From: an uncultured virus (IMG/VR IMGVR_UViG_3300042554_003148)
Lineage: Duplodnaviria; Heunggongvirae; Uroviricota; Caudoviricetes
DNA: 64,000 nt
Virus record (IMG/VR): IMGVR_UViG_3300042554_003148
Reading direction: 5' to 3' (one strand)
Made by a program: the position numbers and the translations under genes. A model generated the notes under the pieces. That model was not told the origin of the DNA, did no database searches, and saw only the letters and a program-made list of their open reading frames with translations. This document shows positions 1-9,800 of the stretch, one piece after another; position 1 is the first letter of the stretch; each line of letters begins with the position of its first letter.

Positions 1-1
1 A

Positions 2-277
2 CCACCGCCACCACCGCCACCACCGCCACCACCACCTCCTTCACCGCCACCACCACCTCCGTCCTGTTCGGGAGATTTGGATTGCGAAACATTGTGTTGT
101 AATCCTTACGCTGGATGTATACCATTAGGATTAGCCGCTATAGTTTCCGTAAATACCCCATGCTCAAATTATGCTGGTGATTATGAAGGAAGCAATGGTA
201 CTCTAATATGGTGCTGTGATGGTATTGGCGTCGCTAGACCTACCGGATATTGTTGTAATCAAAGTAATATGTATTAG
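2..277 (+). CDS. C-terminal end of a longer protein (poly-Pro linker plus Cys-rich tip), probably fibre/adhesin; 5' part lies outside the window
   Basis: The frame from base 2 is open (CCA CCG CCA..., poly-Pro) and runs into the 77..277 ORF. The poly-Pro then Cys-rich C-terminus resembles the end of the 60183 ORF. Confidence 0.75.
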   Translation, partial: PPPPPPPPPPPPPSPPPPPPSCSGDLDCETLCCNPYAGCIPLGLAAIVSVNTPCSNYAGDYEGSNGTLIWCCDGIGVARPTGYCCNQSNMY

Positions 278-278
278 T

Positions 279-286
279 TGGTGTAT
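279..286 (+). promoter_or_regulatory. TGGTGTAT motif, copy 1 (putative phage promoter)
   Basis: Intergenic, followed by an AT-rich tract, 50 nt upstream of ATG 329. The same 8-mer occurs in three other intergenic gaps. Confidence 0.6.
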
Positions 287-328
287 TAAATAATACTCTA
301 TCTTATAATATTTTATTAAAGGTTTATT

Positions 329-649
329 ATGAACGAAAATATTATCGATTTTTGGCAAGTAGTTGCAACCACAAGTTTCGGAATAGTCGTGACACTTATA
401 GGATTTTGGGTAACAGTAGGAAAAAATATGGCCACAAAAAATGATGTTTTGCGCATGATAGAAACTCAAAGTCCATACTCTCAAGATCGTCAATTTATTA
501 TGGAAAGATTAGCGGCTAATAAAGAAAGTCAAGCAGCATTCGCCAGTGCATTACAACGAAATACAGAAGTTATGAATGAACTAAAAATTCAATTAGTCAC
601 ACTAGGCAAAACACTAGAGGCACTAGAAGAAAGAATAGAAAGGGCATAA
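329..649 (+). CDS. single-TM protein with C-terminal coiled coil (possible lysis accessory)
   Basis: Hydrophobic FWQVVATTSFGIVVTLIGFWV, then heptad-like MNELKIQLVTLGKTLEALEERIE. Confidence 0.65.
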   Translation: MNENIIDFWQVVATTSFGIVVTLIGFWVTVGKNMATKNDVLRMIETQSPYSQDRQFIMERLAANKESQAAFASALQRNTEVMNELKIQLVTLGKTLEALEERIERA

Positions 650-650
650 T

Positions 651-854
651 ATGGCAAATGATATTGGTTTAGCAAATAGTGGAGAGGCTATAAAACACGG
701 AACTCTTGTAATAGCACCATCTCCGTTCACAGATAGTTTTCAATATCAAAACGTTAATGTTTATAATAAACCAGTTATTACTGATATAGAAAATAAATAT
801 GATGAACGATTTGATGATATTAGTTACTACACAATAGGTTCAGGAACTCTCTAA
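651..854 (+). CDS. hypothetical protein
   Basis: 67-aa ORF tightly packed between its neighbours. Confidence 0.6.
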   Translation: MANDIGLANSGEAIKHGTLVIAPSPFTDSFQYQNVNVYNKPVITDIENKYDERFDDISYYTIGSGTL

Positions 855-863
855 GATTTAATT

Positions 864-2252
864 ATGGCTGTTTTTAAAATTAACTTAAATAAAGTATTAA
901 ATAGTGGTGGGTCTATCAAGGTTAGAAAATCAGATGAATCTGTTACGCCCACACCAACTCCGAGTCAAACCACAATAATTACGCCTACACTAACTCCAAC
1001 CACAACGACCACTCTTACGCCCACGGCTACTCCAGCAGCACAAAACAATTTATCATTTTCTAATTATTACAAGGCATCTGCTGACAACGTAAATCCATTC
1101 CCAGATCAGTACAGCGTGTCTGGTCAGGGAACGTCGGGCAGTCCCATGACTGTCACTGTAGGAGGTGGAAATCCATTAACAGACGACGAGGATCATCGCG
1201 TGTGGCTGTTGGTCAACCAGACTGGGACGCTCTCTTGGTCTATATCACTTTCTGGCAGCGATTATCAGGGCGAAGCAAGACTGTTTCGTCATGCTGGAAC
1301 ACCTAGTCAGCATGGATGGTCAAGCAGCTCCACTATCTCTGGCGGCACTGCGATATCTAATGTCGCCATTGGTGGTAGTACGCTGACCGGCACTGCCTCT
1401 GTGACTGCTGGTGAGTATTTAGTCATTCGCTGGATGGAAGATGAACGGGTTGGTGGTCAAAATCCTACCGCTACAGCGATATTATCAATAGCAAGCATAA
1501 CCACCACAACAACGCCCACGACTACTCCCACAACAACACCAACAGGCACTACAACAACAACCCCAACAGCAACACCAACGACAACCCCCACCACTGCGAC
1601 ACAATTTTCACCAATGGCAGTTATGCTAACAACGGGTTCTTCATATACAATACCAACTGGTGCTACCAATATGAAAGCATGGGCTATTGGAAGTGGTGGG
1701 AATTACGGCAGAAGCGCTGGCGGAACAGCGTATAAAACATGGGTCGTAAACGGCGGTTCTTCTATTTCTTACAGCGTAGGAGCTGCTGTTAGTAATACCA
1801 ATCTTGATGCGCCCGGTAATAATACAACAGTAACATATAATGGAACGACTATTACTGGATTTGGTGGCGGTAGAGCAAGCAATGGAACTCTCAAATATAA
1901 CGGTGGAGAATTTTCTGGCGGAGACGGTGGAGCTATAGGAGGATCAATACAATATTTGGGTAACGGAATTTGGGCTGCGGGGGCGGTTGGTGGAAATACC
2001 TCACAAAATATTGGAGGATATATAGTATTTAAAGCAACAGATGTAGATGGTCTATTTGCCGTATTAAATCTATTAGGAATAGACCCAACCACAAATATAG
2101 AAAATACTAAGCCTAGTAATCCAAATGTATTTGGTGCTGGTAGTCATTTTGATAAATATGGAGGATTTATCTCTGGTGGTATAGGCGGCGGTAATGGATC
2201 CGGTACAAATGAAACTAGAGAAACAGGAGCAGTAATACTTTACTTTACATAA
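864..2252 (+). CDS. modular fibre/adhesin-like protein: PT-rich linkers, beta-rich domain, Gly-rich C-terminal domain
   Basis: Two Thr/Pro tracts. The C-terminal segment (SYTIPTGATNMKAWAIGSGG...GAVILYF) resembles glycine-rich phage tail-fibre domains. Confidence 0.7.
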   Translation: MAVFKINLNKVLNSGGSIKVRKSDESVTPTPTPSQTTIITPTLTPTTTTTLTPTATPAAQNNLSFSNYYKASADNVNPFPDQYSVSGQGTSGSPMTVTVGGGNPLTDDEDHRVWLLVNQTGTLSWSISLSGSDYQGEARLFRHAGTPSQHGWSSSSTISGGTAISNVAIGGSTLTGTASVTAGEYLVIRWMEDERVGGQNPTATAILSIASITTTTTPTTTPTTTPTGTTTTTPTATPTTTPTTATQFSPMAVMLTTGSSYTIPTGATNMKAWAIGSGGNYGRSAGGTAYKTWVVNGGSSISYSVGAAVSNTNLDAPGNNTTVTYNGTTITGFGGGRASNGTLKYNGGEFSGGDGGAIGGSIQYLGNGIWAAGAVGGNTSQNIGGYIVFKATDVDGLFAVLNLLGIDPTTNIENTKPSNPNVFGAGSHFDKYGGFISGGIGGGNGSGTNETRETGAVILYFT

Positions 2253-2254
2253 TC

Positions 2255-2731
2255 ATGCCAAGCATATTAACAAGCCCGAATGGAAATAGTATAATTCTAA
2301 TTCCTCGCAGTGGATCGCACTCAATAGCAATGGCTATGTTACAATCCTTTTATCCAGATATAGAAATAACAGATCCGTATCATCCTGCTTATTTTTATCC
2401 AATTAGCCAAGACAATGGTCAAAAATGTGTTATTGTTAGAAATCCAATTGAAAGATTTCGATCTATGGTGTCTCATAGAAACAGAACAGTTGAAGAACAA
2501 TTAGAAAATCCAATATATGGTTGTGAATTCTGTCATATTACAAATTATGACAGAGCATTTTTATTTGAAACGCAATTACAAGATTGCGCAAATTGGCTTG
2601 GAATTACAGTGCCATTGCCACATTTGGATGCTAGTGAAAATAAACCCGTTTTAACAACAGAACAAGAAAATAGAGTTCGTGAAATATATGCAACAGATAT
2701 TGAGTTGTGGGAATCATTGATGAATACATAA
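2255..2731 (+). CDS. sulfotransferase family 2-like protein
   Basis: IPRSGSHSI resembles the 5'-PSB loop, VRNPIERFRS the 3'-PB motif, and IYATDIELW the typical C-terminal motif. Confidence 0.65.
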   Translation: MPSILTSPNGNSIILIPRSGSHSIAMAMLQSFYPDIEITDPYHPAYFYPISQDNGQKCVIVRNPIERFRSMVSHRNRTVEEQLENPIYGCEFCHITNYDRAFLFETQLQDCANWLGITVPLPHLDASENKPVLTTEQENRVREIYATDIELWESLMNT

Positions 2732-2756
2732 TTTATGAGTCAAAAATTATTAATAA

Positions 2757-2785
2757 TTGACATGGGAAAATACAATGATTATGAT
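2757..2785 (+). promoter_or_regulatory. sigma70-like promoter candidate
   Basis: TTGACA (2757-2762), 17-nt spacer, TATGAT (2780-2785), in an intergenic gap. Confidence 0.4.
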
Positions 2786-2870
2786 AGAGTATTTTTATGA
2801 TATAAAGCAAAATATATTCGATCAAGCTTTAAAAACCGTAAAATTTAATAGATAATAATAAAAATCCGTA

Positions 2871-2878
2871 TGGTGTAT
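2871..2878 (+). promoter_or_regulatory. TGGTGTAT motif, copy 2
   Basis: Intergenic, 39 nt upstream of ATG 2910. Confidence 0.6.
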
Positions 2879-2909
2879 TATTATATAGTATTTATTTTTG
2901 GAGAAAATC

Positions 2910-3254
2910 ATGATCAAGCCCGGATATCGCACAAGTGAGTTCTGGTTTACACTCGTTAGTTTTATTTTTAGTGGATTATATCTAACTGGTATCATTAATG
3001 ATCATACTAATAAAGAAGAACTTATTAGTGTTGTTAGTCATGCTGTAGAAAGTTGTATTCTAATTGGTGGTCAATTTGTAATATTATATAAGTATATTAA
3101 TAGTAGAAAAAATATTAAAGCTGAAATCAAACCAGAAGTTGTCAATACCCCACCAGTTGTTAATGAGGAGACAAAAGATGATAAACCAAGAAAGTCCAGA
3201 AACACCAAAAAGCCAAGAACTAATACTAAACGAAGTAGAAAAACTGATAAGTAG
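2910..3254 (+). CDS. holin-like two-TM membrane protein
   Basis: GGAG RBS before ATG 2910, N-terminal KPGYRTSEFW, two hydrophobic segments and a very basic C-terminal tail. Confidence 0.55.
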   Translation: MIKPGYRTSEFWFTLVSFIFSGLYLTGIINDHTNKEELISVVSHAVESCILIGGQFVILYKYINSRKNIKAEIKPEVVNTPPVVNEETKDDKPRKSRNTKKPRTNTKRSRKTDK

Positions 3255-3606
3255 AACAAAAGAATCATTTAAGGATGTTAAAAGATTCGCAATAGATCAA
3301 GCATGGAAAATTTTACAGCTAGCAATAGCTAGCATTATTCAAATTATAGAAATAATAGGAAATGATTTAAGTAGTCCAGATAAAAAAGCTCTTGCTATGA
3401 GCATGATTAGTAAATTCTACGATAGCTTATTTTTAGCAGTTGACATTCCTGTTGTACCTCACATAATAGAAGGGTACATTCATTCTTATGTTAAAAGTTT
3501 TCTTATGATTTTGGTCAGTTCAACAATTGATAGTATGGTTAAAATCTTTAGAGAAGCGGGCGTTTTTAAACCAAAGTTAACAGTTCAAAACAATTATTTA
3601 GTCTGA
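3178..3606 (+). CDS. hypothetical helical protein
   Basis: GAGGAG RBS before ATG 3178, in frame with the 3139 ORF. Confidence 0.65.
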   Translation: MINQESPETPKSQELILNEVEKLISRTKESFKDVKRFAIDQAWKILQLAIASIIQIIEIIGNDLSSPDKKALAMSMISKFYDSLFLAVDIPVVPHIIEGYIHSYVKSFLMILVSSTIDSMVKIFREAGVFKPKLTVQNNYLV

Positions 3607-3619
3607 AAGGACGAATCTT

Positions 3620-3976
3620 ATGAATTATGCCGAAAGTTTTCAAGAATTTAGTAGTCGATTATCAACAACGGATTTAATGGTTTACGGCGGAGCCGCTTTA
3701 GTATTATTTGTATTGTTCAAGGATAAATTAACTCCATTAAAAGATCTAATAATTAATACTTACAATAGTGTTATGAATAAGGTAAAAAACGACACTGTAA
3801 CATCTACACCTGTAACTACAGTTAAAACTAATGATAATGATTTTCTCAAACTAATTAGTAGTTGGAAAAATACTAGAGATTTAGCAGAAAAAATGGGATG
3901 TCCAAAAGCTGTTGAAGTTTTAGATGGCGCATTCCCATATCTCAGTCCTAATGTTTGTCATCAGGAGAACAAATGA
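3620..3976 (+). CDS. single-TM membrane protein
   Basis: Hydrophobic LMVYGGAALVLFVLF; AAGGA RBS. Confidence 0.65.
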   Translation: MNYAESFQEFSSRLSTTDLMVYGGAALVLFVLFKDKLTPLKDLIINTYNSVMNKVKNDTVTSTPVTTVKTNDNDFLKLISSWKNTRDLAEKMGCPKAVEVLDGAFPYLSPNVCHQENK

Positions 3977-4476
3977 ATACTAAAAATACCACTAATATAA
4001 TAGTTCTAGTTATTGGAGGACTATTACTAGCGTATGGATTACTTGGACCAGTTATTAAAAATAATCTATCCACCAACCCAGTAAATAATGTTCCATCAGT
4101 ATTAGCTCCGTTGGATCCATCATTAAAAGATAATTGTGAAAAAGTAACTGAAATTCTAAAATCCGGAAGTTCTGATCGATCAGTAGATGGCGTTAAATTA
4201 AGTAGTTTATTCTCTGACTTGGCAAGACTAATAGAATTAGATGGTGAAAATGAAGTAATTAAAAATACTGATGAAATTAGAGAAGCTAATAAAATAGCTG
4301 GAGCTTTTTATAATTTGGATCTTAAAGGTAAATATCCTGATCTAACACAGGCAGCTACTTATGTTGTTGTACAGCATATCGGAGACGATAATGTAGCCCT
4401 AGATCCTGAACTTAGGAAAAAAGCCGTAGAAGCTTTTAATGGTTTAGCATGGGCTTTTTATGAGGGTAGTAAATAA
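3973..4476 (+). CDS. N-terminally anchored membrane/periplasmic protein
   Basis: AGGAG RBS, ATGA overlap with the upstream stop, hydrophobic IIVLVIGGLLLAYGLLG. Confidence 0.7.
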   Translation: MNTKNTTNIIVLVIGGLLLAYGLLGPVIKNNLSTNPVNNVPSVLAPLDPSLKDNCEKVTEILKSGSSDRSVDGVKLSSLFSDLARLIELDGENEVIKNTDEIREANKIAGAFYNLDLKGKYPDLTQAATYVVVQHIGDDNVALDPELRKKAVEAFNGLAWAFYEGSK

Positions 4477-5405
4477 TGGCAAGACTATCTCCTGAACAAT
4501 TACTAAAACTATACAAAGATGGATTTCAGGGATGTCTTTGGGAAGGTCATATATTCGAAAATCTTTTAGAAAATTCTAAGTATGGTTATTTTGGAGACGG
4601 AGCCAAAAAAATTGTTGGAACTGGTAAAGGTAAACTATCTACTCCATACAAAAGTGTTTTGAAGTTTGATAAGAATCCTTATAATGAGCGCCAGGTTACA
4701 GGGGACTGTGTAAGCCACTCTACTAGAAATGCTGTAGACGTATCTCGTGCTGTAGAAATAGATATAGATAAACATAAAGAAAGTTGGATAGCAAGAGGCG
4801 CAACAGAAGCAATATACGGAGCAAGAGGTCATGGTGGACAAGGAATGAGTTGTTCTAGAGCAGCACAATTTGTCAGCCAATATGGTGGTGTCTTAGTTAG
4901 AAAAAACTATCCCGGAGTTGTGGACCTTACCAAATATCAAGGCATGTTGGGTGCCGGATGGGGTGGTCGTAGTTTGCCAGACAAAGTTATAGACCTTGCA
5001 AATGATCATCAAGTTAAAACTGTTAGCTTAGTAAGAACGATAGAAGAAGCCAGAGACGCTCTGGCTAACGGTTATGGAATTAGTGTTTGTAGTAGTTATG
5101 GTTTTAGTAGTCGAAGAGATAGTAAGGGTTTTGCTAAACCGCAAGGCTCTTGGGCTCATGCTATGGCATGGATTGCTTGTGATGATACTGGTAGTGAACC
5201 AGCTTTTTTGGTTCAGAATAGTTGGGGAAAATGGAATGATGGCGGTCATCCATCATGGGGTCCGATTCCTGATGGATCATTTTTAATAAAAGCAGATGTT
5301 GCTGCTGGTATGTTAAAAGGCAACGCAGCATACGCTTTTAGCGACTTTGATGGATTTCCATTACAAAAATTACCAGACTATGGTTTTGATTATTTAAAAT
5401 CTTAG
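4476..5405 (+). CDS. papain-like (C1) cysteine peptidase
   Basis: Catalytic signature Q-VTGD-C, WA-H-AM and Q-N-SWG. Confidence 0.85.
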   Translation: MARLSPEQLLKLYKDGFQGCLWEGHIFENLLENSKYGYFGDGAKKIVGTGKGKLSTPYKSVLKFDKNPYNERQVTGDCVSHSTRNAVDVSRAVEIDIDKHKESWIARGATEAIYGARGHGGQGMSCSRAAQFVSQYGGVLVRKNYPGVVDLTKYQGMLGAGWGGRSLPDKVIDLANDHQVKTVSLVRTIEEARDALANGYGISVCSSYGFSSRRDSKGFAKPQGSWAHAMAWIACDDTGSEPAFLVQNSWGKWNDGGHPSWGPIPDGSFLIKADVAAGMLKGNAAYAFSDFDGFPLQKLPDYGFDYLKS

Positions 5406-5414
5406 GAATACACA

Positions 5415-5741
5415 ATGAGTTTACCTAATTTAACTAAAGTTCCATCATTAGGGCTGAATCTACCGCCTCTTCCGCCTTATCAAAAATGGGCATATAATAG
5501 AGATACAAATAGTTTAGTTCTTATAGAATTTGTATACGAAAAGATTAATCAGGAATTGCAAACACAAAATATATTATCCAAAGAATCAGAAGACTCTATA
5601 AGCTTATTAACAACTACTTTACAACAATCTTCTTTATTAATAAATAGTCAATTACAAATTTTAGAAAACAGAATGAATGTTTTGGAAACGTTAGTAAATT
5701 CTATAGTTCCGCCAACAGTAACAACAACAGGCACTATCTAA
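5415..5741 (+). CDS. hypothetical coiled-coil protein
   Basis: AGGA RBS; heptad-like C-terminal half. Confidence 0.6.
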   Translation: MSLPNLTKVPSLGLNLPPLPPYQKWAYNRDTNSLVLIEFVYEKINQELQTQNILSKESEDSISLLTTTLQQSSLLINSQLQILENRMNVLETLVNSIVPPTVTTTGTI

Positions 5742-5744
5742 TAT

Positions 5745-5781
5745 TTGATATTTAAGTTAGCAAATCTGTTTTGAATATCAA
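5745..5781. other. imperfect intergenic hairpin (possible terminator or operator)
   Basis: TTGATATT (5745-5752) pairs with AATATCAA (5774-5781) and extends inward with G:U pairs. The stem is AT-rich and has no U-tract. Confidence 0.3.
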
Positions 5782-5790
5782 CAAGATATA

Positions 5791-5798
5791 TGGTGTAT
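5791..5798 (+). promoter_or_regulatory. TGGTGTAT motif, copy 3
   Basis: Intergenic, 36 nt upstream of ATG 5827. Confidence 0.6.
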
Positions 5799-5826
5799 AA
5801 CCATTATATCGTACTGGAGTTTATAT

Positions 5827-5994
5827 ATGAAATTTCTTGATAAATTAGCCTTAAATAGATTAATATCAATAATATTAAACTTTATTTTATCTATCATTAA
5901 GATAATTGCACCAAAAGATAATAATCCAGCACCTCCAGTGCCCAAACCTCCTTTAAAAAGACGACCATGGTTTCCTAGAGGTAAAAATGAATAA
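5827..5994 (+). CDS. small 55-aa membrane protein (absent from the ORF track)
   Basis: GGAG RBS; MKFLDKLALNRLISIILNFILSIIKIIAPKDNNPAPPVPKPPLKRRPWFPRGKNE; the stop overlaps the next gene. Confidence 0.7.
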   Translation: MKFLDKLALNRLISIILNFILSIIKIIAPKDNNPAPPVPKPPLKRRPWFPRGKNE

Positions 5995-6226
5995 ATTAAT
6001 TTTGCCACTTTTATTTATCTCTTTATTTTTTACTTCTCATAGATATGACGGATCGTCCCGTGCTCCTGTTATAATATCCGGAGCTATTGTTAAAAATATG
6101 GGAAATGAACCAATTAAAAAATATAAAAGAAAAGAATGTCCTGTTTGCAAAGGAAGTGGACAATATTTAAGTGGAGATGGTATAAAAATGGTCGATTGCG
6201 GATACTGCATTCCTGATAAAAAATAA
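5987..6226 (+). CDS. signal-peptide protein with DnaJ-type Zn-finger motif
   Basis: N-terminal hydrophobic stretch; CPVCKGSG...CGYC. Confidence 0.7.
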   Translation: MNKLILPLLFISLFFTSHRYDGSSRAPVIISGAIVKNMGNEPIKKYKRKECPVCKGSGQYLSGDGIKMVDCGYCIPDKK

Positions 6227-6247
6227 AGAATCTGAGGAGATAAGATA

Positions 6248-6637
6248 ATGACTATTGATCCTAAGTTAGAAAATTTAGCACAAAAAATTCTTACTAAAGC
6301 AAATATAAAAAATGAAAACTATGGATTTGATCCTATTACTATTATTATAGTTATAGGAGTTATACTGAGTCTAATTCGCGTTATTCAGGAATGTCGTAGT
6401 AAACGTAGAAAAAATGATAAAATGAGTGAAGCTTTGGACTTAAGACATACTATAGTTAATTTAACTATTAAAGATAGTTGGTTAAATAATTATAGATTAA
6501 ATAAAATATTAAAACAACATTTGAGTAAAAAACAATATCAGCAATACGGAGTTAGTTTAAGAAATGCCATCATGGAAGTTGGTAAGAATCTTGATGATAC
6601 AGAATCTTTAACACTTCTGGAGGCAACCAATGTTTAG
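6248..6637 (+). CDS. single-TM membrane protein
   Basis: GAGGAG RBS; DPITIIIVIGVILSLI followed by a basic patch. Confidence 0.7.
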   Translation: MTIDPKLENLAQKILTKANIKNENYGFDPITIIIVIGVILSLIRVIQECRSKRRKNDKMSEALDLRHTIVNLTIKDSWLNNYRLNKILKQHLSKKQYQQYGVSLRNAIMEVGKNLDDTESLTLLEATNV

Positions 6638-6878
6638 TCTTTTAGTATGGGTGATTTATGGTTTGTTTGTTGGCTCATTAGCCAAAGCTATTGTTCCGCT
6701 TAACCTACGTCTTGGATTTTTTCAAACAGTAGCATTAGGAGTAGCTGGGTCTTATATGGGCGGAGCTATTCTATATCTTCTTGGTACATATGATAGTCTC
6801 AGCCCATCCGGTATTTTTATGGGTGTTACCGGAGGCATACTTAGCCTAATGTTATATAATAAACTTATTAACAAATAA
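6630..6878 (+). CDS. GlsB/YeaQ/YmgE-family (transglycosylase-associated) membrane protein
   Basis: WVIYGLFVGSLAKAIVP...LGVAGSYMGG...GGILSL, a three-TM glycine pattern typical of the family. Confidence 0.8.
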   Translation: MFSLLVWVIYGLFVGSLAKAIVPLNLRLGFFQTVALGVAGSYMGGAILYLLGTYDSLSPSGIFMGVTGGILSLMLYNKLINK

Positions 6879-6892
6879 TAAATGGAAAATGA

Positions 6893-9800
6893 ATGTCAAC
6901 TCCTCCAATTTATTCTATCTTAGGAAACTGTAATAGCGCTAATTATAGTAAGAACGGAAATGCTTCCTCGGATTGGAATAATGAAAATGGTAATGTTACC
7001 AGCGTTGGCAGCAATGGTAATGATAGTTTTTTTGGCACTTATGATCAAAACGGTAATGTTTATGAAATTATAGACTATCAACCATCGTCATTTTTTATTC
7101 AGTTATATGGAGGTAGTTATTCTTCTTTAACAGCAAATGATTCTATTGATAGTTCTTTAAGTTTAAGAAGAGACGATGTTGGATTTAGAGTATGCGCTAA
7201 TAGTGGAACAACAACAGCGTTTGATTCTATTACAGTTTCTGGTACAGGCAATAATAACGATACTAATGGAATTGGTCAAGTAAATTACAATTATAAAATT
7301 GGTAAATTTACTATTACAAATACTCAATATGTAGAATTTTTAAACGCTGTTGCTAATAGTGGATCGCCCGCATTAATACAAACTAGTGTTTGGCCTTTTC
7401 AACGACTAATGCAGGATTCTAATCGTGGAGGAATAATAGTAAACGGCTTTAGCCCAAATATGTCTTATTCTGTAAAAACGAATTTTGCAGATAAACCAGT
7501 TAATTACGTTACTTGGTATAATGCGGCTAGATATATTAATTGGTTACATAACGGAAAACCAAATTCGTCTACTTTATCATTAAATTCTACAGAAAATGGT
7601 GTTTATTATCTTAATTTTGAAAATAATGTTACAACTATACCAACCATAATAAATAATAAAAATACATATTGGCTACCAGATAGAAATGAATGGTATAAAG
7701 CGGCCTACTATACATTAGATAAAAATGGCTCAGGTTCCGGATATTGGTTATATGCTACGCAATATGATACTGCTCCAGATTCAATTGTTTCTAATAGTAG
7801 TGGCGTTGCCAACAATACAGTAACAACACCGGACATTTGTATTAGCCCAACACCTACCCCCAGCGTTACTCCTACTTATTCTCCTACTCCTTCTTTAACG
7901 GCTAGTCCTACTCTTACTCCAACTAAAACAGCAACAAGCACCCCAACAGTCACATCTTCTGTAACAACCACTCCAACACTAACACCAACCAAAACGCCAA
8001 CAGCCACCATAACTCAAACAAGAACACCTAATTTAACTGTTAGTCCAACAAAAACACCTACACGTACTCCAACAAGGACACCAAGTTTAACACCATCAAC
8101 AACAGAAACACGTACTCCAACACCTACAGTTACCAGTTCTTCGACGGTAACCCCTACTCCGAGTAAGAGTCTTTGCTCTTCTATAACAGTTGGAGAACTA
8201 ATTTATAATCCTATTTATACTAATGAAAATATTAGAATAATTTATAAAGGTTTTACATTTGAATCCTTTATTAACAATAGACAATTACTAGTCAATGGCG
8301 GTCAATTAGGAAATGCCGATATAAATATTGGACTACAAGAAATTCCTAATGCTAGTCAAACCCCAACTCCTACATTAACGCCAACCAATACTAGTACTCC
8401 AACCATCACACCAACAAATACTTCCACAACTACTAGTACTCCAACTGTTAGCCCAACACAAACAAACACAGCTTCTGTAACACCAACTAATTCTATTACT
8501 CCAACAGTTACAATTACTTCAACAGCGACACCGACACCTAGTATAACCGCAAGTCAAACTCCAACACCGTCTATAACGCCAACACTTACACCAACAACAA
8601 CAGTTACAAATACAGTAACATCAACAGCAACTCCCACTGTAACTAGCTCAAACACAACAACTCCAACTAATACTCCAACTAACACAGCAACTCCTACAAA
8701 CACACCAACATTTACTCCATCTTCAACAACAACTCCTACTGTTACTCCAACAGTGACAGTAACCCCAACACCACTAGCATTTGCTCCATTATCAAATAGT
8801 ATAAATTATGCTAATTCCGGTAATTGGAATGGATCTGTTTCTGGTAATCTAACAACGGTAGGAACAAATGGAGGTCCAAGTTTTTATGGAACATATGATC
8901 AAAATGGAAATATTTCTGAAATAGCTTTAAGTGTTGTTAATAATACTGATTTAATTTTCAGTATCGGTGGTAATTTTGAAACTGCAACAGGAGATCTAAG
9001 ATTATTAGAAAATATAAATGAAAATACTTTGGATAAAAATATAGGTTTTAGAATTGTTACCACAGGCAATCCTCTTAACTTGCCTTATTTCATAGATATT
9101 GTTGATAGTGGAAATAGTGCAGATACTAATGGGGTTGGATCTGTTAATTATAATTATAAGATAAGTCAATATACAATAACTAACTGTGATTATATACAAT
9201 TCTTAAATGCTGTTTCTACACAGAGCGATACTAATGATACTTATAATGTTCAAATGTCTGGCGATCCATATGGTGGTATTATAAGAAGCACAGGATCAGC
9301 ACCATATACTTATACTTTAAAAACTAATTTTGATAATAAACCAATTAATTTTCTTAATATAAAAAGCATGATGAGATATTGTAATTGGTTACATAATGGT
9401 AAACCAATAGGAATACAAGATTTCAGTACAACAGAAGAAGGTGCATATATATTAGATCCGATTGGTATAACTCCACAAGTAAGTTTAATTGCAAGCAATG
9501 GTGCAAAATATACACTACCAACATTAAACGAATGGTATAAAGCTGCTTATTATAATCCAAGAAAAAATGGATGGGGTAATGGCGGATATTGGACCTATGC
9601 TACACAAAGTGATAGTTTACCAGATAGAATTTGCTCTAGCGCTAGTGGAGATGGTAGATTAATTATCAGTAATGTTTGTTCAAACACAGAAGGTAATTCT
9701 TCTACTATCCTTTGTACGTTTACCCCTACTCCAAGCGTAACTCCTACCAATACCCCAACAACAACAATTACTAGAACCCCTACTAATACTCCTACTAATA

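Noticed and set aside
2735..2800. Short ORF MSQKLLIIDMGKYNDYDRVFL
   Set aside because: Only 21 codons with no RBS; it may be a gene remnant but cannot be supported.
6893..9660. Diversity-generating retroelement suggested by the FGE/C-type-lectin modules
   Set aside because: There is no reverse transcriptase in the window and no TR/VR pair differing only at adenines. The two modules differ at all base types. A DGR elsewhere in the genome cannot be excluded.
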